A stretch of DNA of 32,000 bases, from assembly GCA_049942965.1 (NCBI GenBank), contig CP188088.1, positions 90,001 to 122,000 of the forward strand. Reading direction: 5' to 3'. Under the pieces are notes generated by a model. That model saw only the letters and a list, made by a program, of their open reading frames with translations, searched no databases and was not told where the DNA came from. Shown here one piece after another: positions 1 through 8,273 of the stretch. Both the position numbers and the translations under genes were made by a program. The first letter of the stretch is position 1. The number at the start of each line of letters is the position of its first letter. The stretch is from Candidatus Saccharimonadota bacterium. GTDB lineage: Bacteria > Pseudomonadota > Gammaproteobacteria > Enterobacterales > Enterobacteriaceae.

Positions 1-306
1 TCCTGATTTTGCTATGGTTCCTAAATTTTCAATAACTTCTTGTTTTGTCATCCCAATTCCATTATCAGAAATAGTTATTGATTTATTAGTTTTAGAAACA
101 GTTATTTGAATTTTAGTTTTTGAATCATTTTCATATAATTTTGAATTAGAAATAGATAAAAAATGTAATTTCTCTATAGCATCTGCAGCATTAGAAATTA
201 ACTCTCTAAAGAAAATTTCTTTATTAGAATATAAAGAATTAATCATTAAATCTAATAGTTGTTTTGATTCTGATTGAAATTTGTAGTTCTCTTTTTTGTT
301 TATCAT
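1..306 (-). CDS. htpG: HtpG (Hsp90-family chaperone), first 102 codons only; the gene continues off the left edge
   Basis: Not in the ORF track. My minus-strand translation of 306..1 reads [47 protein letters not shown]...[24 protein letters not shown]. This matches the GHKL ATPase N-domain of E. coli HtpG as I recall it ([49 protein letters not shown]). An alternative in-frame ATG lies at 318. Confidence 0.9.
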   Translation of the reverse strand, partial: MINKKENYKFQSESKQLLDLMINSLYSNKEIFFRELISNAADAIEKLHFLSISNSKLYENDSKTKIQITVSKTNKSITISDNGIGMTKQEVIENLGTIAKSG

Positions 307-408
307 ATATTTTTCCATAGTTTTTATTTTTTAAATTATTTAAAAATTTTTATCAAATTTTTGTTGTATATGAAGTTTTTTTAAATAGTTTTATTTTTAA
401 TTTTTTAA

Positions 409-744
409 TTATAATAATGGGAAATTTAACCCACTAGGAAATGTTGTCTCTGTAGAAATTAAATCCATTTTTCTCTTCTTTTCTTCAGTTATTCTTCTTA
501 TAGCATCATTGAAAGCAGCAGTAGTTAGATCTTCTAGCATCTCTTTTTCATCAACAGATAGTAAACTAGAATCTATTTCTATAGTCTTGCAATTGTATGA
601 TCCATTTATGGTAATTTTTACTAATCCTGCTCCTGATTCTCCAGTAACTTCTATTTTTTCTATTTCTTTTTTGGTTGTTTCTATTTTTTTTTGTATTTCC
701 TGTGCTTGTTTCATAAAATTACCCAATCCTTTTTTAGTAAACAT
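409..744 (-). CDS. ybaB: Nucleoid-associated protein YbaB/EbfC
   Basis: The 111-aa ORF contains [15 protein letters not shown]...[50 protein letters not shown], nearly colinear with E. coli YbaB (109 aa). A GGAGAG Shine-Dalgarno sits just upstream of the ATG. It lies downstream of dnaX, as in E. coli. Confidence 0.92.
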   Translation of the reverse strand: MFTKKGLGNFMKQAQEIQKKIETTKKEIEKIEVTGESGAGLVKITINGSYNCKTIEIDSSLLSVDEKEMLEDLTTAAFNDAIRRITEEKKRKMDLISTETTFPSGLNFPLL

Positions 745-1103
745 TTTCTCTCCAGTTATATAAATATATTAGAATTTTTATAAAAAAATTTTTTTGTTGT
801 AAGTTAAATATTGTCACTTCTTGATTTAAGAAATTTTAAAAATTTTTTTTATCATTTTTATTTTTAAATTGTTTTTTGGTATATTTTTATTTGTTTTTTT
901 AAAATTCACTTTTTTATTTTTTAAATTTTTTATTTTTAAAAAACATTGTTCTTTTATTTTTGATATTCTTTTATTGGAAAAAGTTTTTTTTTTTTCTTTT
1001 TTTTTTAGATTTTTTTTTTTTTTTGATAACAATTTTATAATTTTTATAAAAATTTCTGTAGTATTTTTTTTTTCATTTTTTGTTTTTTTATGTTTTTCAT
1101 AAA
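745..1103. repeat. Low-complexity, homopolymer-rich spacer between dnaX and ybaB
   Basis: T-runs lie at 984-995 (T12), 997-1006 (T10) and 1010-1024 (T15), with reiterated ttttatttttaaa-like motifs. Both strands carry long Lys-rich or Phe-rich frames (826..1110 minus, 869..1102 plus), which is typical of low-complexity sequence rather than of genes. Confidence 0.7.
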
Positions 1104-2189
1104 TTAGCATAATATTATGCTTAGTAAAGTCATTTCAACACTGGTTTTTTTTGTAGGAGCTAATTTTATATCTTTTTTCCCTATTGTTATTTTATTATAT
1201 AAATTTTGTATTTTCAGTGGAGATGTTGTATTTGAAATTTTTATTAGTTTTTTTTTTTGTTCTGTTGTAAATTCTTGATCTTTCCAAATTAAAGGGTAAG
1301 TTTGTGACATGAAAATATAATGTAAAATTTTAAGTAAACTTGTTAAAATTTGTTCCCATTCAATTCCAAATTCACTTATTTTATTAATAATTTTTATTAA
1401 TGATATTGCATTACTTTTCAATAAACAAATTATTATTTTTATTGAATAATCTTCATCTAATGTTCCTAACATATTATTTACAACAGTGTTAGAAATATTT
1501 CCATTTCCTATAGAAATAGCATTTTCAACATAACATAAAGCATCTCTAAGACTTCCTTCTGAGAATTTAGAAATATTTCTAATAGCTTTTTCTTCAAAAG
1601 AAATTTTTTCTATTTTTAAAATATCAATAATTTTTTTATAAATTTTTATTTCATTAATTGGTCTTAAATTAAAGATTAAACATCTTGATAAAACAGTTTT
1701 AGGTATTTTTTCAAGATTAGTAGTTGCTAAAATAAATTTAGTGTATTTAGGGGGTTCTTCAAGATGTTTTAATAAAGCATTAAAACTATGTTTAGACAAC
1801 ATATGAACTTCGTCTATTAAATATATTTTAAATCGACCCTTTATTGGAGGATATTGAATATATTTGAGTAATTCTTTGATATCTTCTACTTTAGTATGAG
1901 AAGCACCATCTATTTCAATTAAATCTAAAAATTTTCCTTTTGATATATCTTGACAATTTTTACATTTTTCACATGGATTGTTTGTGATTTTTTTTTCACA
2001 ATTTAAATTTTTAACTAATATTCTAGCTATACTAGTTTTTCCTATTCCTCGATTTCCAAAAAATAGCCACGCATGATGAATTTGTTTCATAGATAAACTA
2101 TTACTAATTGCTAATACTATTTGTTCTTGTCCTATTATTTCTTTTAAATTTTTTGGTCTCCATTTTCTATACATTGCTTGATAATTCAT
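1104..2189 (-). CDS. dnaX: DNA polymerase III clamp-loader subunit DnaX, short gamma-like form (domains I-III only)
   Basis: Motifs present are the Walker A GNRGIGKTS, the Zn module CEKKITNNPCEKCKNC, the Walker B LIDEVHMLS and the sensor motif LSRC. The C-terminus ...APTKKTSVEMTLLSIILC aligns with E. coli ...APDRRMGVEMTLLRALAF at the end of domain III. The protein is 361 aa against 643 aa for E. coli tau. Confidence 0.92.
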   Translation of the reverse strand: MNYQAMYRKWRPKNLKEIIGQEQIVLAISNSLSMKQIHHAWLFFGNRGIGKTSIARILVKNLNCEKKITNNPCEKCKNCQDISKGKFLDLIEIDGASHTKVEDIKELLKYIQYPPIKGRFKIYLIDEVHMLSKHSFNALLKHLEEPPKYTKFILATTNLEKIPKTVLSRCLIFNLRPINEIKIYKKIIDILKIEKISFEEKAIRNISKFSEGSLRDALCYVENAISIGNGNISNTVVNNMLGTLDEDYSIKIIICLLKSNAISLIKIINKISEFGIEWEQILTSLLKILHYIFMSQTYPLIWKDQEFTTEQKKKLIKISNTTSPLKIQNLYNKITIGKKDIKLAPTKKTSVEMTLLSIILC

Positions 2190-2372
2190 ATTTTATTTTT
2201 TTTAAATTTAATATTAAATTAATGTTTAATATGCTAACATAAACTTAAACAATATAAAAAAAATTAGAATAAACATTCTTAAAAAATTGTAAATTATTTG
2301 TAACAGATCAAAAAATATGATACTATTTTTTTATAAATAGATTATGAGGTTATAATTTATTTAATTTTTTTT

Positions 2373-2483
2373 GTTTTCTGTTAGTTTTAAACTGTAATGT
2401 TAGTTTAAAAAAACTGGTCAGGTTCGAAAGAAAGCATCCAATTTAAATGATTACATGTACTGGAAATACTAGCAGAAAACAAC
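2373..2483 (+). ncRNA. ffs: SRP RNA (4.5S RNA)
   Basis: ctggtcaggttcgaaagaaagcatcca (2414-2440) matches the conserved SRP domain IV CCAGGUCAGGUCCGGAAGGAAGCAGCCA, with a GNRA tetraloop (GAAA here). The 5' gttttctgttagt (2373-2385) pairs with the 3' actagcagaaaac (2468-2480) to close the long hairpin. Length is about 110 nt against 114 nt in E. coli. A perfect TATAAT lies at 2351-2356 upstream, but such hexamers are common in sequence this AT-rich. Confidence 0.8.
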
Positions 2484-2502
2484 ATAAAAAAAGTTTTTTT
2501 AT

Positions 2503-4245
2503 TTACATTATTTTCAATTGAGTCTTATGCATTTCCCAGTATTTTCCTTTTTTTATCATTAAACTCTTATGGTCTCCTGATTCAACAATTTCTCCATTAT
2601 CTAAAACAAATATATTATCTGCTTGGATTATTGTTGATAATCTATGAGCAATTACTAGCAAAGTAGTTTTTTTTTTTATTAAATGTAACACTTTTTGAAC
2701 AAATTGTTCTGTTTCTGAATCAATATTTGCTGTTGCTTCGTCTAAGATTAAAATTTTTGGATTAGTTATTAATATTCTAGCAATAGATAACAACTGCTTT
2801 TGCCCTACAGAAAGATTATTTCCTTGTTCTCCTAACATTGAATAAATTCCATTTTTCATAGATTGTATTAAAGTTAATAATTGAACTTTTTTTAAAATTT
2901 TTAAAACTTTTTCTTCTTTAACTTTCCTTCCTAAAGTTATGTTTGAAAATACAGTATCAGCTAAAATAATTGGATCTTGTTGTACTACACTGATCCCATT
3001 TCTTAAAACATTATGACTAAGTTTTTCTATTCTTCTATCATCTAAATATATTTCTCCATTTTCAACAGGATACTGTCCCATGAGAAGATTAGCTAAGCTA
3101 CTTTTTCCACTACCTGTTTGACCTACAAAAGCTACAAAACTTTTTTCTGGAATAAATATATTAATATTTTTTAAGACTTTTATAGAATTGTTTTTATATC
3201 TAAAATTTAAATTTCTAATTTCAATTTTTCCATTTTTCAAAGGTTTTTTATCGTTACCATAATGTTGTCTAGGTGAATCTATTAGTTCAAAAATTCTTTC
3301 TCCTGCTACTATAGCTTGCTGCAATATTGATTGTTGAGTTGTAATAGCAATTAATGGTTCGTTTAACCTTCCTAAATAATTAATAAATGCATATAGAACT
3401 CCTACTTTAAAAAATCCTATTGGGAAATAACTAAATAAAATCATTAAAACAGATAGCATAATTGCTGAAAATAAACTTATTAATGGTCTTAATAAAAATC
3501 CATCTAATTGTAATGTTTTCATTCTCATAAAATAATGTTGTTGACATGTTTTTTGTATTATTTTTTTAAATCTTTTTTGTTGAGAAAATTGTTGAATAAT
3601 TTCCATTCCATTAATAACTTCATTAAATTTATTATTTATATTAGCCAAATAAGACCTTATCTTTCTTATCATAGGAATACTATAATATTGATATGTAAAC
3701 ATTATTATTAATATGAATGGAAAAATAGAAATTGACACTAATGCCATATGCCATTCTAAAGCAAACATTGCTAGTAATATTACTATAATTAATGAACTAC
3801 TACGAAAAATAGTAACAATAACAGTATCATATAGTTCTCTTATTACTTCAGTATCATTTGTTACTTTAGAAATTATTTGACCAATAGGTTCTGTATCAAA
3901 TGTTGTAATAGGTTGTTGTAATGCAGCTTCAATAACGTCAGATCTTATTTTTTGTACAATTTTTATTGCTATTTGACTAAATAATATTGTTTGAAAATAA
4001 TTTAAAATAGCTGCAACGGTTTGTAGTATAACGAATGTTATTATTATAAATGAGACGAGTTTTGTGTTAAAATAATGTTCTTCTATTATATTATGAATAT
4101 AATAGCTAATTAATATTGGACCTAATACTTCAGCAATCGAAGATCCTAATAAAAGTAAAAAAGCTGAGTATAATGATTTTTTCCAAGGAATACCATATCT
4201 TAATAACCTTTTTAATATTGGCCAAAATTTTATTAAATTAGCCAT
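2503..4245 (-). CDS. mdlB: ABC exporter permease/ATPase MdlB
   Basis: The 580-aa ORF is a six-TM exporter domain followed by an NBD with Walker [10 protein letters not shown], signature LSVGQKQLL and Walker B ILILDEAT. It is the second gene of the mdlA-mdlB pair, as in E. coli. Confidence 0.85.
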   Translation of the reverse strand: MANLIKFWPILKRLLRYGIPWKKSLYSAFLLLLGSSIAEVLGPILISYYIHNIIEEHYFNTKLVSFIIITFVILQTVAAILNYFQTILFSQIAIKIVQKIRSDVIEAALQQPITTFDTEPIGQIISKVTNDTEVIRELYDTVIVTIFRSSSLIIVILLAMFALEWHMALVSISIFPFILIIMFTYQYYSIPMIRKIRSYLANINNKFNEVINGMEIIQQFSQQKRFKKIIQKTCQQHYFMRMKTLQLDGFLLRPLISLFSAIMLSVLMILFSYFPIGFFKVGVLYAFINYLGRLNEPLIAITTQQSILQQAIVAGERIFELIDSPRQHYGNDKKPLKNGKIEIRNLNFRYKNNSIKVLKNINIFIPEKSFVAFVGQTGSGKSSLANLLMGQYPVENGEIYLDDRRIEKLSHNVLRNGISVVQQDPIILADTVFSNITLGRKVKEEKVLKILKKVQLLTLIQSMKNGIYSMLGEQGNNLSVGQKQLLSIARILITNPKILILDEATANIDSETEQFVQKVLHLIKKKTTLLVIAHRLSTIIQADNIFVLDNGEIVESGDHKSLMIKKGKYWEMHKTQLKIM

Positions 4246-6016
4246 TTTTTAGAAAATCCTCTTTAGTTTTTATTTGAATATTTTTTATATGTTTATCTTG
4301 GTAATGATATGTTTGATAGTACCAATCTTGTTTTTGTTTCATTAAATCATTATGAGTTCCTTTTTGAGAAATAGTATTGTTATTAATTACAATTATTGTA
4401 TCCATTTGTGATAATACAGATAATTGATGAGATACTACGATAATTGTATGCCCATCATTTTTTAGAGATGTTAAACTGTTTAAGATTTTCTTTTCAGTAA
4501 ACGTGTCAACTGCAGATAAGGCATCGTCTAAAATTAAAAATTCAGATTTTAATAATAACGCTCTAGCAATTGCAATTCTTTGTTTTTGACCTCCTGATAA
4601 CATTACTCCTCTTTCTCCTATTGAAGTATTATATTGTTTTGGAAATTTAATGATATCTTTATGTATATGAGCTAATTTTGCAACTTTTTTTATCTCTTCA
4701 AAAGAGGAATTTGGATTTCCAAAAGCAATATTATTAGCTATGGTATCTGAAAACAAAAAAGTAGTTTGATTAACTACAGATAATTTGTTCCTCCATTGTT
4801 TTAGATTCAATGTTTCTAAAGGATAATTATGATAACGAATCTCTCCTTGAGAAATATAAAAATTTTTTTGTATTAATCGGATAATAGTACTTTTACCAGA
4901 ACCAGTTGGACCACAAATACCAATTTTTTGTTTAGGAAGTATTGAAAAAAAAACATTTTTTAAAAAATATTTTTTATTATTGAAATAATCAAATTTTTTT
5001 ATTTTTATTTCTAATGTTCCGAAAGGAAGAGGTACATTTGTTTTTCCGCTTTTTATAGGAACTTTATTTTTTAAAATAGACTGAATCCGATCCCATGCAG
5101 CGCTTCCTCTTTCAACTATATTAAACATCCAGGCCAATGCCAACATTGGCCAAATCATTACTCCTAAATACATAATAAAACTAGTTAATTGGCCTAAACT
5201 AATTTTTTCGTTCCAAACTAACCATCCTCCAAAAGTAATAGCTAATAAGTTTGATAAAGAAATTGCTAAATGTATAGTTGGATCAAATTTTGCGTCTATT
5301 TTTGCAACAAGCATATTTTTTATACCAGCATCTTTAGTTATTTCATAGAATTTTTTATATTGTCGTTTTTCTAATCCAAATGTTCGGATCATTCTAATAC
5401 TAGTTAAACTTTCTTGCGTTTGATCATTTAAGTTTGAGAAAGCAGCTTGCGCTTGTCTAAAATGTTGATGCAGTTCTTTACCATATGTTTTTATTAAAAA
5501 CGCCATTATAGGCATTGGTATTAATGAAATAACAGTCAATTTCCAACTAATTTGACTCGTCATAACTATTAATACAGAACAACCCATTACTAAAGAATCT
5601 ACTAATGTTAAAACTCCTTCTCCTGCTGCAAATACAACTCTATCAACGTCATTAATAGCTCTTGACATCAAATCTCCAGTTCTGTTTTGTAGATAAAAAA
5701 TAGGAGATTGTTTACTAAGATAAGAATAAAATTTTACTCGTAATTCCACAGCTAGTTGATAAGAAGCTCCAAATAATAAAATTCTCCATATGTATCTTAA
5801 AATATATACAGTTATAGCAGTAACTGCCATAATAGCTATTAATAAAAAAACATTTTTTTCATGTGTTTTTTTTTGAACAATTGAATCAACTATTATACCA
5901 ACAAGTTTTGGAGGTAATAATTGTAATATAGAAATTATAACCAAAAGAGAAATAGCTCCTAAGTATCTTTTCCATTCTTTTATAAAATACCAATTTAGTT
6001 GTTTGAATAATTTCAC
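4238..6016 (-). CDS. mdlA: ABC exporter permease/ATPase MdlA
   Basis: The 592-aa ORF has Walker [10 protein letters not shown], signature LSGGQKQRI and Walker [13 protein letters not shown]. Its stop overlaps the mdlB start by 8 nt (ATGGCTAA), which suggests translational coupling. Confidence 0.85.
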   Translation of the reverse strand: MKLFKQLNWYFIKEWKRYLGAISLLVIISILQLLPPKLVGIIVDSIVQKKTHEKNVFLLIAIMAVTAITVYILRYIWRILLFGASYQLAVELRVKFYSYLSKQSPIFYLQNRTGDLMSRAINDVDRVVFAAGEGVLTLVDSLVMGCSVLIVMTSQISWKLTVISLIPMPIMAFLIKTYGKELHQHFRQAQAAFSNLNDQTQESLTSIRMIRTFGLEKRQYKKFYEITKDAGIKNMLVAKIDAKFDPTIHLAISLSNLLAITFGGWLVWNEKISLGQLTSFIMYLGVMIWPMLALAWMFNIVERGSAAWDRIQSILKNKVPIKSGKTNVPLPFGTLEIKIKKFDYFNNKKYFLKNVFFSILPKQKIGICGPTGSGKSTIIRLIQKNFYISQGEIRYHNYPLETLNLKQWRNKLSVVNQTTFLFSDTIANNIAFGNPNSSFEEIKKVAKLAHIHKDIIKFPKQYNTSIGERGVMLSGGQKQRIAIARALLLKSEFLILDDALSAVDTFTEKKILNSLTSLKNDGHTIIVVSHQLSVLSQMDTIIVINNNTISQKGTHNDLMKQKQDWYYQTYHYQDKHIKNIQIKTKEDFLKNG

Positions 6017-6057
6017 AAATTTTCCTATTACTTTTGTTATTTATAAAAAATATAAAT

Positions 6058-6090
6058 ATATACCTCTGTATGCAATAGGTATATTTTTTA
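6058..6090. terminator. Candidate stem-loop with a T-tract between ppiD and mdlA
   Basis: atatacct (6058-6065) and aggtatat (6077-6084) are perfect complements around an 11-nt loop, followed by T6 on the plus strand. On the minus strand the hairpin is followed by ATTTATATTTTTTAT. It could terminate or attenuate ppiD read-through into mdlA. The stem is short and mostly A/T. Confidence 0.2.
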
Positions 6091-6263
6091 ATAAATATAT
6101 ATCAGTTTTAAACTGTATATGTGAATATATTTTATATAAGTATTTTAAAATAAAGAATTTTTTTTTAAAATTAAATTTTATAAATTTAAATTTTTTGATT
6201 TTTAATCATCAATAATTTTTATTTAATTTTAATTAAAAAAACAGAAAAAAATTTGATAATAAT

Positions 6264-8126
6264 TTATTTTTTTTCTAAAAAGATATTGCCATATTTTATA
6301 TTAGATTTTTTTTGTAAGTTTTTTAGAAGAGTATTTAATATTATTTCTGATTTATGTTGTTTTAAATAATGGTAGAAAATTTTCTTTTCATATGAATTCA
6401 TCTTTCTATTATATACTTTATAGAAACATATAATATATAAATCTCCTAATTCATTTTGTTTTAAAATATATATGTTCTTATTTTTTTTTGGATAAGGTAA
6501 TTGAAAGACTATTTTAGATATTGGATTATTAATATCTCGTGATAAAGTGATTCTTTTTTTAAATTTATATTTTTTATTTAATAAAAAATTTTTATTTTTA
6601 TTTAAATTTTTAATTATATTTAATCCAATTTTTTTTAGTTTTTTTCTTGATTTTTTATTTTTTAAAATTAAGTAAATTTCTTTTTTTACTTTTTCAAATT
6701 GAATTGGTTTTTTTTCTTTAACTTTATCAAATTGTATTAAGTAAGAAAGATTGTCATTTATTTCTATAAATAATTTTGTTTTTTTTTCTTGTCTTATTTT
6801 AGGATTAAATAGAAATCTAATAATGTCTTGGTTTAATAATTTTTTTGGGACATTATTTTTAGTAACCCATGTACTTTTGCTTATTTTTATATTTATTATT
6901 TTTGAAATTGTTTTTATTGGTTTTAATAAAAATTTTTTATTTTTATCTTGTATTTTTCTTTTTATATTTTCATAAATCATCGATTGTTTTTTAAACTTAA
7001 TATTCTTTATTATGTCTTTTTTAACTTGATTAAGTTTTTTTGTTTCACTAATTTTTATATCGTCTAATTTTACTATTAAATAAACTTTAGAATTTATTTT
7101 GATTATTTTTGATAATTGATTTTTTTTAGTTAATTTTGCTTTTTTAATATCGACAGGAAGTTCGTTTGAATTAAACCATCCTAATTCTCCATTATTTTTT
7201 GCAGAAATAGGATCACAAGAATATGCTTTTGCTAATTTTTTAAAATTTCCATTTTTTAATAAAATATTAGATAATATTTCTTTTAGTTTTTTTTTATTAT
7301 TGCTTTGTATAATACTAAATTTTTTTAATTCATTCGTATGAAATTTTGATAAATTGTTTTTATACCAATTTTTTATTTCTTCTTTTGTTATTTTTGTTGG
7401 AATTTTATTTTTTTTAATTTTTATGTAAGAAATTTTAATTTTTTTTGGGGAAATAAATAATTCTTTATTTTTTTTAAAATATTCTTTCATTTCATTTAAT
7501 TTAACTTTTTCTTTTTTAAATGAAGAAAAATTATTAATTTCAAGTATTTTAATTAACCTTTTTTCTGATATAAGTTTAGAAATAAAATCAGTTTCTTTTT
7601 TTAAAGAGAAATCTGTATTTATAACAGTGTTAATAAAAGTATCTATAGAAATTTTATTTCTTATTTTTTTTTCGTATTGTTTAGGAGTAATATGATGTTG
7701 ATATAGTTTTGAAATATATAAATTAAAATTAAATTTTCCATTTTTTTTGAAATAAGGTTTTTTTATTATTTCTGCTTGAACAACAGAATTTGGAACAACA
7801 AAACCAATTTTTTTAATATATTGTTCTAATAAAACATTATTTATTATTTTTGATAAAATTTGGTTAAAAAGTTCCATTTTTATGGACTGATCGTTTTGTT
7901 CATAAAAAAATAGTTCTTTATTTTTTTTTTCTATTTCCTTTTTATATAAATTAAATTTATTTAAAAATTTTTCAATAGTTATAATTTCTCCATTAATTTT
8001 TAAAGCATATGATCCATAATTTTTGTTATAAAAATTTAAAAAGCTGCCTAAAAAAATAGAAAATATAATTATAGATATAGTTAAATTTAAGAAAATTGTT
8101 TTTAATTTCTTTTGGGAATAATTCAT
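6264..8126 (-). CDS. ppiD: Periplasmic folding chaperone PpiD (parvulin-type PPIase domain protein)
   Basis: The ORF is 620 aa against 623 aa in E. coli. It has an N-terminal membrane anchor (TISIIIFSIFLGSFL) and a parvulin-like segment CDPISAKNNGELGWFNSNELP. It lies next to lon, as in E. coli. The sequence is very Lys/Asn-rich and divergent. Confidence 0.8.
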   Translation of the reverse strand: MNYSQKKLKTIFLNLTISIIIFSIFLGSFLNFYNKNYGSYALKINGEIITIEKFLNKFNLYKKEIEKKNKELFFYEQNDQSIKMELFNQILSKIINNVLLEQYIKKIGFVVPNSVVQAEIIKKPYFKKNGKFNFNLYISKLYQHHITPKQYEKKIRNKISIDTFINTVINTDFSLKKETDFISKLISEKRLIKILEINNFSSFKKEKVKLNEMKEYFKKNKELFISPKKIKISYIKIKKNKIPTKITKEEIKNWYKNNLSKFHTNELKKFSIIQSNNKKKLKEILSNILLKNGNFKKLAKAYSCDPISAKNNGELGWFNSNELPVDIKKAKLTKKNQLSKIIKINSKVYLIVKLDDIKISETKKLNQVKKDIIKNIKFKKQSMIYENIKRKIQDKNKKFLLKPIKTISKIINIKISKSTWVTKNNVPKKLLNQDIIRFLFNPKIRQEKKTKLFIEINDNLSYLIQFDKVKEKKPIQFEKVKKEIYLILKNKKSRKKLKKIGLNIIKNLNKNKNFLLNKKYKFKKRITLSRDINNPISKIVFQLPYPKKNKNIYILKQNELGDLYIICFYKVYNRKMNSYEKKIFYHYLKQHKSEIILNTLLKNLQKKSNIKYGNIFLEKK

Positions 8127-8188
8127 GAAATCTAATACCTATGTTTAATAAAATTAATTAGATTTTTTCTTTTACTAATTCCATAAGA

Positions 8189-8224
8189 GGCTGGCAATTC
8201 ATTTTTATGATTATTTTGCCAGCC
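8189..8224 (-). terminator. GC-rich stem-loop 50 nt downstream of the lon stop (candidate lon terminator)
   Basis: ggctggcaa (8189-8197) and ttgccagcc (8216-8224) form a perfect 9-bp inverted repeat with an 18-nt loop. It is one of the very few GC-rich elements outside genes and RNAs. The trailing U-tract on the minus strand is weak (CTCTTATGG). Confidence 0.3.
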
Positions 8225-8273
8225 AAAAGAAAATGTTAAAGAATTAAAAAATATGTTTTATAAATATGTTTTT

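Noticed and set aside
509-763. 84-aa plus-strand ORF antisense to ybaB; likewise 6751..6975, 16291..16674, 26435..26746 and 30549..30731
   Set aside because: Each lies entirely within, and antisense to, a well-supported conserved gene. They are shadow ORFs with low-complexity, hydrophobic or basic translations and no recognisable motifs.
826-1110. 94-aa Lys-rich ORF (minus) and the 77-aa Phe-rich ORF at 869..1102 (plus) as real genes
   Set aside because: Both frames are open only because the region is poly(A)/poly(T) low-complexity sequence. I recognise no motif or homologue, and mirror ORFs on both strands are the signature of compositional artefacts. I keep it only as a relic hypothesis under the dnaX finding.
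1145-1152. The A8 run (ACA AAA AAA ACC AGT GTT GAA) near the dnaX 3' end as a homologue of the E. coli dnaX -1 frameshift site (A AAA AAG followed by a -1 frame UGA)
   Set aside because: The -1 frame does hit a TGA soon after. However, protein alignment places these codons at APDRRMGVEMTLL of domain III (KK replacing RR), not at the gamma/tau AKKS site. A shift here would change only about 14 terminal residues. It is a coincidence of AT-rich codon usage.
6003-6215. 70-aa plus-strand ORF in the mdlA-ppiD spacer
   Set aside because: It has no Shine-Dalgarno and no recognisable similarity to genes found in this interval in E. coli (queC, ybaE and others). Its composition is typical of translated AT-rich non-coding DNA, and its 5' end overlaps the mdlA start.
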